DNA of 64,000 bases from Camelus dromedarius (GCF_036321535.1 NC_087437.1:83392001-83456000), one strand, 5' to 3'. Shown: positions 24,330 to 36,987, counted from the first letter of the stretch. Program-made: numbers and translations. The notes: a model not told the origin generated them from the letters alone.

Positions 24330-26145
24330 CTACCCACAATGAGGGCTCCTTCTCTTTCCAAAGCAGCACTGCTTTTCCTGATGAGTAAAGGGAACTCTTC
24401 CTGGCTACAGCTTCAACAACAAACTGTCCCTAGTCTCCCCTTCCCAGAAGAACTGCAAGACAGAGCAGCATTTCTCCTGCTTGATTACAGAAAAAAAAAA
24501 AATTCAGAAAATTATGAGTAAAGAAAGACCTCGTTACCTAAATTTATTTCAAGACTTAAAACCATATACATTAACGTGTCTTTCTTTATGAAGTACTTTC
24601 ACAGCTTTTCCTCATCTCTTTTAATCTCACAATAATTATATGAAACTATAACATGAGAGATGCTATTATTCCACTCTACAACCATAATCAAAATTCTCAA
24701 TTGTGAACCATAACGAAGTGGGCTGTAACATAGGTAATACAAGACAATGGGCAACTTAAAAACAGAATGTATATTTTACTTTAGAATGTACTATGTAGTG
24801 TATCTTTTATTACATTACCCTTGTAATGAAATTGTTTGGTATTCCTGAAACATATCAACTGATGCTGAGAGGACCTCAGAACAAGTAGGAAAGAGAAGGG
24901 TTGTCAGCACTTAATTAAGAATACAGTACTAGGAGTCCAGTCTGCCAGTTCATGGGGGATTGGATAGGTGTGTATCTTAGACTGAGTACCTAAATATTTA
25001 CCTGATCTAATAGGTTTGCCATCTTGGGTTACGTAAGAAATTACTGCTGAGGAAGTAGAAGGGTTTTCCAGCTTTGCAACACCTATGATTTAGTGTTACT
25101 ATTTTTAACCTATAGTCCCCATGTTTTGAATAATTTTGTCTCAAAGTAAACAGCATTTATCATAGAAAAAATAACCACCACTTATTAATGTAAGGTGTAT
25201 TTTCATTTTTATGTATTTTATTATTCACTGTCTTATTTGAGAAAAGATTTAATAAAATTGGCATCACAGTAATGGTGAAATAAAGCAACATTATATGAAT
25301 TAAAAATGTGTGAGAGAGTAAAATGTAGAACAAGGGTAAGTTATTGTATAGAATCCGATGTTTGGTTATTAGAGAAAAGCACTCATAGAAATCCTATAGA
25401 TAGTCCAAAATTTTGGCCTGTAGGCTTCCTTGCAGCCAATGTGAAAAGGGAAACCTGAACAAAGTATATGTGTAGATATGACCACAATTGGTGTTCTTGA
25501 TCAGTGCTAATCAGTCAGTAGTACCAGTATGAGTTCATATAATTCCAACAGAAAGAAAGAAACATTATCATTTGGCTACTTTTTGGCAGATTTGTCATAG
25601 ATAAATTAATGGTACCCATAAAACTTTGAAATAATAAAAATAGGTTACAGATACTCCCTCCCCCAATCCCTCTTTGAATGCTTAGCTGTCTGGATCCTAA
25701 CTTGGAATCCAGTGACCTAGTAGCTACTGTGAATCTCTTCCTTCAGATAAAATGTTTCCTTTCATTTGTTATAGCGAATAAATGGTTTATTGCCTCTTGC
25801 GTCAGTCATTAGTCACGTATTGAAGACTTTTTCACCAGCAGAAACATTGCAAATACAATATATTTTGGCAAAAGGTCTTTAAAGGCCATCCCACAAAATA
25901 AAATTACCATTCATCCCCAAACAGCAGGTATGAAATTTAAGGGAGAATATTTGAGTCAGATAGTTAAACAGACTGCAGTTCAGGTAGTTCAACAAACATT
26001 GGATGCAGTGCAGGTAAACAAGGATGAGAGCATTAAGTTCCACGTTCCCTAAGAGCTTGGAGACTGCAGAAGCAGGTCATTTCACTAAGCGTGGGATTGC
26101 CATGAGGAAGCCCGTTCTGATGAAAACTTCGGCTTTTTCTCATAG

Positions 26146-26298
26146 GTTGGTACAACAGGCTTTTCATCAACTTTGTGCTAAGGAGGCATATTTTCTTCTT
26201 TGTGCTGCAAACGTATTTCCCAGCTATGCTGATGGTCATGCTTTCATGGGTCTCATTTTGGATTGACCGAAGAGCTGTTCCTGCAAGAGTTTCCTTGG
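26146..26298 (+). CDS. GABRR3: GABRR3 coding exon, pre-M1/M1/start of M2 (GWYNRLFINFVLRRHIFFFVLQTYFPAMLMVMLSWVSFWIDRRAVPARVSL)
   Basis: 153-nt exon, catAG|gt ... g|GTaagt; PAR anion-selectivity motif; Ser at M2 2'. Confidence 0.98.
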
Positions 26299-28617
26299 GT
26301 AAGTCTTTCCACATCTTTGTGAAATATTAATATAGGAGAAATGTCGAGGGCGGTAAATAAAAAGGGTGATAAGTGGAGAGGGAATGAGAGTGGTGGTTTA
26401 GTAGGGTTGGTTACAGATTACTGAGGTCACAGTATTTGGTTGAGAACCTCAGGAGCGAAGTGCGATTGGCCTCTTTCCCTGGGAACCCAGACGTAGGTAT
26501 GAAGCTGCACCAAGCGGCCAAAGCCGGGTGACAGTAAGGAGAGGGTGCAGTGGTGAAGCGCAGATGTCTCTCTTCTCCTTTTCAGGAAAAGCCCCCGCCC
26601 CTTGCCCCATTTCTTTTCGCTTTGCCTGACCAACCTTTACGTCATAGAAGGGTTCCATTCAAACTAATTTACACTATACTATTGGCACCTTAATAAATTT
26701 CTTTTTGGAGAGGCAGAATGCTTAAATTTGGAAATGTGAATGCTAAGCAGAAATTAGGGCTTAACCAAAATGCCAAAATCCAAATCAACCACAGTGGACT
26801 TTTAGGCATGGTGTCAATTCAGTTGGCGAGAGATTTCAGGTGGCAGGATGTTGCCAGCCTCATGGAAGTTGCCACACAGGTGTGATTATCTACTCTGTCT
26901 AGAGTGTTATGTGCCACTGTCACACATACAGATTTATCGGAACCATTTCAGACCCACTTAGCAGTTATTGAGACCTAACAAAGTGGAGGTGCCAAGCTAA
27001 GCACTTAGATAACGTGTTACTTCATGAGAACCCAGGAGTCTATCCCATCTGCTTTCTTGGCTGGTTCAGGGTAAAACTGCAGAACTCTCTCATCTGGGCT
27101 GATTTTCTTCTTTCACCTGTAATGCTCTGTCTAGAGCAAAGATTGTTGTAAGTGGTTCACAATCATTGTAATTATCACACAATTCAGTCCAGAAAGGGTG
27201 ATTTCTAAGTTAATGCTCACAAATTATTCGCATACTTCAAAAGATGATTTGAAAGACCTAAATTGTCATTAATATTAATAATTTGTTCACTTCTTTCCCC
27301 TGTTAAAAGCTTCAATCTACAAGCATTTGAGGCTTGAATGTCTTCAGAGGGGAAAATACCAGCTGAATGAGTAATTAAATTATTGTGGCTGTTCCTTCAC
27401 ATCAGAGCAGCCTGGTCCTGACCTGAGGACAGACAGCAGGAGGGCAGAGCAGACCCAGAGAGGATATGAAAGGCCCATTTCCAGCCCTCGAGACAGATGA
27501 GAAAGGCATTCAGTCTCTAAAGGCTTATGAACAAGCCTTTTCAATGGGATCCCAAAAACTGAATGCTCAGTTCTTACACTTTGAAAATGACAGCAATAAA
27601 AGCTGGTTCCAGGGCAGGTTGGGGTGAATGGAGAACACTAAAATGCATTTAAGACACCCCTGGAATTCTGTGCTTCCTGCGGCTACATCTGATGCCTCAG
27701 GGTTAGGGAACCGCTATGCAGATTTATGTAAAAGAATATACAAATCAGAAGTGGAATCAGATGTGTCCCTGTCCTTTTTTGTTTGTTTGTTTTTTAGTAA
27801 GAGAATTTCAGTATTCCCAGAACACTGCTATCTTCTCAGGCTTTTGCTCCCTACCGCCCTCACGTTCTTTCAAAGATGCTTTGCTCTGTTTTGCTGGCTC
27901 TTCCCAAATGCGGTGTTACACAGCTCTCTGGAAGGTCCCTCAGCAAGCTGTCTTCTCAGCTCTTCCCCTACTTCACTTTCTCCAAAGCATTTTACACTAT
28001 TAAGCATCCTCTCCAAATTCAGAACCAAATGTAGTGGTCCAGAGCCCAGCCTCAGCTTCCTCATCTGCAAAACGAGATTATTCATACTCCCTTCCTGAAG
28101 GTCACCATGAGAATTAAATGGGCGTGTTTGTGTTCACGGCCCAGGCTGACGTCTATGCCGTAGTGTTGGATAAAACCAACCAACAAAAATACATTTATTT
28201 TCATTACTCTGCACTAGTCTAGTTTTTCTCCTCCCTTGGACTTTTCTTTCATTTCTCATTTTTTACTTCTTCCTTCCACTCCTTAAGTCACTCCTTCCCA
28301 AGGTTTTGCTCACTTTTGGTTCTTTCATCTAGTGGACCAAGGCCCCTGCTTCCAATGTCTGTCCCTATGAAGAGAAATTCCCAGTCTATGTCCTTATCTC
28401 ACGTCTTTCTCTCGGGTTCCAGAGAGGTAGGCACTGCTGCCTGCTGGACTTCACCTTCGGGTGGACAGGCACTCAGCACGGTCAAAACTGAACAACCACT
28501 CTCCTCCCACACACACCTGACTCCCACTCACTCTCTTGACTTCAGCCCTTCTATTAAGGGTCACCAATTCATTGAGCCTGTCATGTTTGAACCTGCAATT
28601 TCTTTCTTGGTCTTTGG

Positions 28618-29989
28618 CAGTGGTTCTCAAACTCTGGTCTTAGGATCTATTTACACGTTAAAAATTATTAAGGACCCCAGAGAGCTTTTGTTTTTGTCAG
28701 TTGTATCTGTCATTATTATCCATGTTGGATATTAAAACAGAATTTTTAAAAATGTGTAGCAATCCACTTAAATATAGTGATAATAAACTCATTACAAGTT
28801 ACCATAATAACATACTGAATGAAAACTGTTTTTCTAAAACAAAAAATTTTCTATGAGAAGAGTGGCATTGCTTTACATTTTCACAGACCTTTATTGTCTG
28901 CCTTTATGGAGGACAGTGGGATTCTTACCTCTGCTTCTTCATTCAACTTGTTGCACTAGGCATATAGGAAGAGATCTGGCCTCACTCAGATACATAGTTG
29001 GAGAAAAGAGTCATATTTTCATAATGTTTTCAGATAATTGTGTGTAGTCTTCCTTGGCATTACACCAAAATTCAGCAAGTGACACTTTCTTTAAGGTTAG
29101 CTGCAATGTGGAATCTGAAGCTGTATCAATGAATGTTTTCTACTCTATTAAATTAAAATCATTTTCTCTATCTTGCACTTTGACTAGATCTTCTGATGCA
29201 TGCATTGGTCATTTGAAAAATATCAGTGTCCTGGGTTACACGAATCTTCCCAATGTTCACATCATTCCTTACACGTACCAAAAAATCACATTCGTTAATA
29301 CCACAGCTAATCTTACCCAAAAATTTTTGAGTTGTAGGAAGCTCTCAAACTCATGGTGATGGGTCCAAGTTTAAAATCCTTCTAATTTTGGCTTGAAAGC
29401 TCCAAGTTTATCATTTGGCAACAAATGCCATTAGTTGTTTTACTTCAAGTGATAGGCTCGCTACTCAGTTTCAGGGAAGTGTCTGTCAGATACCCACGAT
29501 CTGAACAACCATCATTTGTCTGTCAGTTGTTCTTTTGAGTAAAAGTAGTTTTTCATTTAAAAAATGCCTAGTGTCCAGCTCACAACCCAATTACCTGAGC
29601 CCTTTTCCCCCAAGACAGCTCTTGTACCATTCTATGCAGAAGTATTTTATATATACTTCTTATTTCCTCAACTAGAATGTTCAAAAGGCATATCCTCAGG
29701 CCTGTAATTTAATAAAATTAACAATTTTTACTGATTTTTTAAATTGTGATGCTGGGGGCTGAAGAATGTAGTGCCTACCAGGTGGGCTGGGTGCTGCTGC
29801 CTTGATTCCTGCTAAAGCAACAGCAGTTTTCCCCAGCATTGCTTTTGTCCCACCAGTACAAATGTCAACACAGTGAAAAGGGTAAATGATGTCTTAGTAC
29901 TCTTGTCAAACTTGTTTCTACTATACAGAACCTCTGAAAATGTCTTGGAGGCCCCAAAGGACCCGCAGACCATACTTTGAGAACCGTGG
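28618..29989. mobile_element. Charlie1a-like hAT DNA transposon (~1.4 kb deletion derivative), inserted into L2-like sequence
   Basis: Termini cagtggttctcaaa ... tttgagaaccgtgg form degenerate TIRs; internal 'ttaaaaattattaaggaccccagagagcttttg'. Confidence 0.8.
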
Positions 29990-30402
29990 CTATAAGGTGT
30001 CTAATTCTTCAGAGTCAGCCTTCTCTGTAAGAAGTCTCCAGATATGCTTACCCTTTCTTTTCCCTTCCTCCTGCCTTGACCAGTGCTGTGAGCCTTGTTA
30101 ACTCTCACCTGGATTGTCCTAATAGATCCCTATCTGCTAGGTTTTATGACATCTGTCCCACTGGGGAGTAGGGAGCAGAAATCCAGCTCAAGCTCCATGG
30201 GACGTGGTTTGAGGTGACGTCCTCTGGAGGAAGGGGCATCTCTTACTAAGAGGACTTATAATTGCTTATTTCACCTCCTGTTCTTGCCCCAGTTCAATCC
30301 TACTGCCAGAGTGATGTCTCTTAAACACAAATACAGTCACAATACACTCATCTCAGATGCCATCGTGTAAATACACTCAACTTGGAATCCAAGGTGTCCC
30401 TT

Positions 30403-30595
30403 GAGGGTTGCCAGATAAAATATGGGACACTCAGTTACATTTGTATTTTTAGATAAGCACCAAAAAATATTTCAGCATGAGCATATCCCAAATATTGCAT
30501 GGGACATACTGATACTAAAACATTCTTCATTGTTTATCTGAAATTCAAATATACCTGAGTGTTCTGTATTTTTATTGGCTAAATCTTCAACCACA
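30403..30595. mobile_element. MER53 palindromic hAT MITE
   Basis: agggttgccagataaaat...cccaaatattgcatgggacatac...ttgtttatctgaaattcaaat; whole-element imperfect palindrome. Confidence 0.85.
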
Positions 30596-33500
30596 CCCAG
30601 CATACCTGGCTTGGGCTTCAGTCAGTCTGAACATTCAGTGTTGTCAGGCAGGCCCTCTTGCCTGTGCTTATCTCACCTCCATACATTTGTCCTGGCTCTT
30701 GCTCTGCCTAGCGTTGTCCTCCCTGCCTGTCTTTCTCTGTCAAAGTCCTGCCATCTCTGAATGGCCAGGAGCCTTTACTGATGGTTCCAGGCAGATATGA
30801 TCTTTCCCATCTTTGAACCACAGAGCACTTTGTATCTCTCCTAAGGTACCTACTTCCTCAATTTTGTGTGTAGCTATGGGCTGGGTTGGTAGCTTATCTT
30901 GTCTCCTCTATTGGAGTATGAGTTCCTTAAGGACGAGCATCATCATTTCCATCTTTTTTGTTCCTGCGGTGACGGGCACAGTGCCCTGCACAGATTTTGT
31001 GCTCGATACATAGTTGTTAAATTGCCAGTATTCAGCCCATCATGTTTTTAGTAACTGTACTTCAGTTACTAACTGAAAACAAATGATAATTCATTGCTTA
31101 TTAAAACCCATCCACATTTGGGTTCATTTTCTGATTGAAGATGAATCACTTGCTGGTTAAGACCCTTCCACATGTGTCATGTCTCAGATAAAGAACAATC
31201 TGAGGTATCAACTGTGATTAGGCAATTCTCATAAGAGATACAGCCATCCCAACTTAGAATGGGCTAAAAATACTATTCTATGTTTCCATTCAATTTGGTA
31301 TGGAGAGAGAAAGAGAGAGAGGCTATTAGCTGTTCAAGGATGTTTTAACCCTCCTGGAGGTTCTCCCTTCTATCTCCCTCCTTCTTTCCTTGCCTCCATC
31401 ATTCCTGTTTGGCCGCTCTGCATGGGGTATGGCATTCACGTAAAACATATGAAGTAACAGGGTCATTTATCAGGACACAGACATGGCAGAGAAAGGCAAC
31501 TAAAGTGTTCAGGCAGTCCTCATAAAGGAAAATGTCCGACAGAAGATATGCCATATACCTGAAAAAGTAAGCATTCTGGTGGTGTTCGTTTTACCATTAC
31601 AGAGGTTACCAGAACCTCAGTGCAGTGGACCCTGGCACCACTGTAGTGGGATAATGGTTGTTACTCTCTGACCATTGAGCGGTGTTGGAATATCCAGCCC
31701 ATCTTCCTCTCCCTCACATCACTTCATATTTCCTTTCTGCCTAAGCCTACTAGGAAAATGTTCTTACTCTTTTAAAGATGAATGTAGATACCTATTCCTT
31801 CAAAAGGGCTCCCCACAGCACAGCTACTGACTCAATGGTTCTAGGTGATGCTTGCAGGCGCTGCTGCTGTCACAGAGGTCAATGAACCACTCCATCATGT
31901 GTGGCAAAAACGCGGCCAATGAAACACACAGATAAATAATTCTCCCCTAACTAAAGGGTTCTTAGGACCCCATACCTGTCCATAAGAGTTAATGTGGTGC
32001 AACTGCAAGGCTCAGGGAAGTTGAGTTCCCAGGGGACAAACTAAATATTGTCTTTTAACGCTTTCCTGACTATGCATAGCAATTTCAGTGGGTAGGAAGG
32101 TAAACCTCTAATTCCAACACAGGACCTTCCTTTGACTAAACTGGTCACTTGATATAATTCAAAACTCCTTTACTGCAATGTTAACTTTAATGGGCTTGGA
32201 AGGAAGATGATTTCTCAAGATGAATGTATTTCTAAGGGGTGGCTCAAGACATAATAGGTATGTTTAATGTAGCTGTAATGCTCCTGACTCCGAGTTCTGT
32301 TGCTTTAGGAATTTATGTACCAGAGTTCTCATCCTTTACTCCCTATACTTGACAATCCCTTCTCCCCAGTCTCTCTCTCTACCCTTTTTTTTTCTTCTCA
32401 TTTTAAACAGGAAAATCTAGAATGCTAATTTCAAAATAAATAAAGCAACCATAAATTAGTAGGACTAAGCAGCCTTCTAACGAAAATGACTGATAGTTGA
32501 TTGCTGTCTGGCAAATATAGATAATGCAATTCCCTTTTACTGATGCAACAATCATCTATTTAAAATGCATGACAAGACCTATCTGACATGTAAACTTGTG
32601 TGTTTGTTCTAAACCCTTATTTTATCTGTTAAGCCCCATGTTACTGTCCACTGGGGAAAAAATCAAATTCTAACCTCTATATCTTAGATAACCAGTAAGA
32701 GAAGATATTTAAAAAATTTTTGAACAAATGAGGTTAGCTACTAAATACAAATGTTCATTTAGGATTCATTTACTTACATCAGCAAAATCCTGGAAAGAAT
32801 AAGACTTTTGGCCTCTTGAAAAGCACAAATCACCTTCATGCTTCCTGACATAATTCTACATTCCGTTTTATGACATCTTTCCTCAGAGAAGCTCCATTTA
32901 TAGAGATTGGTTTATAATCTTAACAACAAAAGGAAATTCCCTTTATGGGTTCAACATGAGAGGCCGCAGGTTTGCATGTAAAAAGAATGTGTCCTACACT
33001 CAGAGAGAAAGATTTCGATCCTGCTCCTGACAAAACTCAGGCTAATTAGCCACACCACTCATATTTCTTTTCTGCAGTGTGTGGCTAATATTTACCTAGG
33101 TTTATGGTGGGTAAACACTGAATAAAGGCAAGCAAGTTTTATTTAATCATCTCGACTTCAGCTACACACACACCTGTACTGTCAACAAAAATTTGACATC
33201 TCCATGTTTATGTCAGGAGCAGGATTGCCAAGTTGCTTTGGTCTTGATCATTCAAAGGAAAATCTTAATTGAAATTGAATAATTGTCATTGTCTTTGATG
33301 TGGGCCTCCCTCAGATAAGAGCCTTGCAGAATTATTGTAGAAAAGGGAGAAATGTGTGGGCGGAAGCTGTGCACGTGCTGTGTCTGTCCATTTAGGAGTA
33401 AATCACAGTGCTCTTCCTGCTGTTTGGGATTCTGTCTGTTGACATTAAAATGTCCTCACAACTTAGAAAAATCATTAAGGATTCCATTTGCACCTCTCTG

Positions 33501-33717
33501 GTGGGAAGTTAAGAAATAAAACCATGCCAGCCAGTGTACATTTCAAATATTTACAATCCTATGCTTTCTCTCTAGGCAGTGCTCTCACAGTATCCCTCTG
33601 AGAAATTAGTGTCGACACAGAATAGCCCTCCTCGAGGCTGGCATTTTATTAAGGAAATTTCAGAGTCACTTCTTTCTCCACCATCCCCCAGAACCTCTGA
33701 TGCGCACGGCAGAGATT

Positions 33718-33840
33718 AAAGAAGGGAAAGGAAGAGAGGACCAGGAAAGGGAAGGGGAAGGCAGTAGGAAAGGAATAGAAGGAAAGGGGAGGGAAAAAGA
33801 GAAAACAAGGGAAAGGGAGGGGAAGGGAAGGGAGCAGAAA
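33718..33840. repeat. Polypurine (GGGAA/GGAAA)-like low-complexity tract
   Basis: Nearly all-purine run on the + strand. Confidence 0.85.
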
Positions 33841-34188
33841 ACGTCACTGGCACTTAGCAGTTGCTTAGTAAATATTTTCACTGAACTGAGCCTCCAATAG
33901 CACACTTCCATTCTGAATCTCAACTGAACTGTGGTTTCAGTAACAAGGCACAAAGTGATAGCAGTAATGTTGGCTTCTAAGTATTCTGTGTACAGAGACA
34001 GCAGTCCTTAAGGCTACTAAAGATCATTCCATGACAAATGAAAGGTTAAAGATTGACATGAAGACAATTTCTTAACAGTGAAAGTTGTGAAGTGATGGGA
34101 GGGGTAGTGGAAATAGTTTCAGAATTTCTTTCCCAGAATTTTAAAAAATTGAATACATTTTTACCTTTCTGACATGTCCGACTCCTGA

Positions 34189-34568
34189 TAGAGAAAGACA
34201 AATATCATATGATATCACTTATATGTGGAGCCTAAAAAAAATGATACAAATTCTATTTACAAACCTAAAATAGACTCACACACATAAAAAATAAGCTATG
34301 AGTACCAAAGAGGAAAGGATAAATTAGGGGTTGGGGATTAATAGACACATGTTACTACATATAAAATAGATAAATAACAGGGACCTACTGTATAGCACAG
34401 GGAACTATATTCAATTTCTTGTAACAACAAATAATGGAAAAGAATCTGAAGAGAAAAAAAAAATATATATATATATATGTATGTATATGTATAACTGAAT
34501 CACTTTGCTGTACACCTGAAACTAATATTGTAAATCAACTACACTTCAATAAAAAAAGAAAAAAAAAA
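34189..34568 (+). mobile_element. 5'-truncated L1 3' end (cetartiodactyl type) with poly(A)
   Basis: gacctactgtatagcacagggaactatattcaa...ctgaatcactttgctgtacacctgaaact...aataaaaaaa; 17-bp TSD with 2 mismatches (34172-34188, 34569-34585). Confidence 0.9.
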
Positions 34569-34834
34569 ACATGTCTGAGTCCTGAAGACTTTAGCTGGAG
34601 GGAAGGATACGTCATGGACGATGGAGGTGAGGATAAGAAAAAGAGACGGACAGAGAAATCTGAGAGCTTCTAGCTTAGGCTCAAGCTTTTTCTAGGTTAA
34701 CATGAAGGGATTCCACCCACACACACACCTTTGATCACCAGATATTCTAGAAATGTATCCCCTGATGTCGTCCAGCACCAGGTCCTGGAACTGAGTGGTT
34801 TTGTCACTGAGCTTATCACTTTCTCAAATGGCAG

Positions 34835-35031
34835 GAATCACCACAGTGCTGACCATGTCCACCATCCTCTCTGGTGTGAGTGCCTCCATGCCCCAGGCGT
34901 CCTACATCAAGGCCGTGGATGTGTACCTGTGGGTCAGCTCCCTCTTTGTCTTCCTGTCGGTCATTGAATATGCAGCCGTGAACTACCTCACCACAGTGGA
35001 AGAACGGAAACGATTCAAAAAGACAGGAAAG
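34835..35031 (+). CDS. GABRR3: GABRR3 coding exon, M2/M3 (GITTVLTMSTILSGVSASMPQASYIKAVDVYLWVSSLFVFLSVIEYAAVNYLTTVEERKRFKKTGK)
   Basis: 197-nt exon, ggcAG|ga ... aag|GTactg; TTVLTM M2 motif; lies within ORF 34795..35073. Confidence 0.98.
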
Positions 35032-36737
35032 GTACTGGCTTGCTTGGACTATTGGATCCTTTTGGGAATATGAAAAAGACTACCCTCATTTCTGCCCACT
35101 CCTGACAGCATTGCAACCCTTGTATAGAGTCCATTGTGCCTTGGCAGGATGCAGGTTTGCAGGATGATGACAGTTTAACATGGAACTTCATACTGATTCT
35201 CTCTGCTCTGTGCTGGCTGGTTTCCTCAGATCCTCATTTGCCTTTCGAGGAGGTATTTTGTGTGAGGAATTTCTCTCTGTGTGCTCCCCTCCACTGATTC
35301 TAACCCTTGGGAAGAAGGGGTTGTACAAATCACATCCTTTCAAGTAGATGATGGTGATGATAATAATCATAGCCAACTTTAATGAGAGTTTCTTATGCAT
35401 TGGCATCGGGCTAACCACCCAACGTATTGTGTTATTTAATGCTCAGAGTGACCCCGAGAGGTGGGTACGTTACCAGCTTCATTTTACCAAGGTGAAGTAG
35501 GAACAGAAGGGGAGTATTTGGCCAAGGTCACACAGCTTGAGAGGAATCGGGATTTGTTTCTGGAGCTCCCTGACTCCAAAGATTATGCACTTGACCAATA
35601 AAGATAGCTCTCCACCAAGGGCTAGGATTTGTTGCTCTTTTCTTGTCACTCGGGAGAGTGGTAGAGCATAAAGGGAAGTTCTTCTCTGCACAGTATCGTG
35701 GGAATAAGGTGCCTTCTGGGCTCTAAATGTATCACATGTTCCTTGTGACATTGCTAATAAATCTGGATAGACTGATCTTTACCTGCTTCATTTCATAAAG
35801 GATTAGGGCACCAGTTCCCTGTTATTATGAGAACTGACATGAGGTATTTTACCTCAGAAACCTAAGTGATCAAATTAATTTCTTTGCTATATATATGTGC
35901 ATGAGTATTTGTATTTATGTATAATTTTAATCCAATATATTCACATGGGTTTAAGAAATTCTTATATGAGCATTTATACATGCCCCAAACATTATTTCAT
36001 ATTTTTATACTTCTAGTGAGAGCATTTCATACTTTTCAGAGCACTTTTATATCGTCTTCTTGAACTGAACCCTCAGATCAGCTCCAGGATGGAGGCTTTG
36101 CAGAGATTATTTTCCCTCTTTTTAAACTCCAAAAGCAGAGTTTTAGTGAAGTAAGGTGATTTGCCAAAAGATCCACAGCCAACAGAGCTGCGATTGCAAT
36201 TCAGATCTCCTGTAATGCTGCTTCATTTTTATTTCATATCCTTGGAGTCAAAGCTGTAATTGGAGCTGATTTTGTTTTATTGCAGATGCTTCAGTTTCTT
36301 TTGTTGACCGCATGTGAGTGTGGGTCCTGTCGCACACACCCACAGTGACTGCTCTGCAGGGGTGAGGAGGTCAGGAGCCCTTAGATGAGTATGTGGTAAT
36401 TGGCATGTACGCATCACCTGGGATTTGTTAGGATTTTCGTTCAGTAGCTCTGGGGTGGAATCTGAGAGTCTGCATTTCTCACCAGCCCCAGCGGCGGCCA
36501 ATCCTTAGCCCATGCTGTGAAAAGCAATGATTTTGATCATCTGTGAAGTGAAAGGTGACAGAGAAAAATGTGTGATGAGGGAAAGAATTTTGTTGTTCTT
36601 GTTGTTTTGTTTTGTTTTTACATGGGAAGTGGTTAACCCTCGAAAGAGACACTAAAGTAATGTTGGCTTACCTCTGTCTAGTCCTTTGACTCACAAATAT
36701 CTACATCTTCCACCCCCACCTGCCACTCAACACACAT

Positions 36738-36804
36738 TTTTTTTTAACGTTTTTTATTGAGTTATAGTCATTTTACAACGTTGTGTCAAATTCCAGTGTA
36801 GAAA
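36738..36804 (-). mobile_element. 67-bp young L1 3' tail
   Basis: tttttaacgttttttattgagttatagtcattttacaacgttgtgtcaaattccagtgtaga; perfect TSD caacacacat (36728-36737, 36805-36814). Confidence 0.85.
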
Positions 36805-36987
36805 CAACACACATGTTCACACAACCTGAATTTTTTTTCACTTTATCATATTGTAGACAATCTGTATACCACAGAGGAGATTCTTTTGACTTAATAAGTG
36901 TTGTTCATTTTAAAAATTTATTTTTGATTTTAAAAACAATTTTTCTTTTTTCTCTTTTTTTCTTCTCCCTTCCTGTCTTTATCTGAT

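Noticed and set aside
28853..29359. ORFs inside the Charlie element
   Set aside because: Chance frames in a decayed transposon; no intact transposase seen.
33666..33953. Charged or Ser/Pro/Leu-rich ORFs
   Set aside because: Translations of a polypurine low-complexity tract.
35032..35073. In-frame read-through past the M3-exon donor (VLACLDYWILLGI*)
   Set aside because: A short intronic extension expected by chance; no evidence for intron retention.
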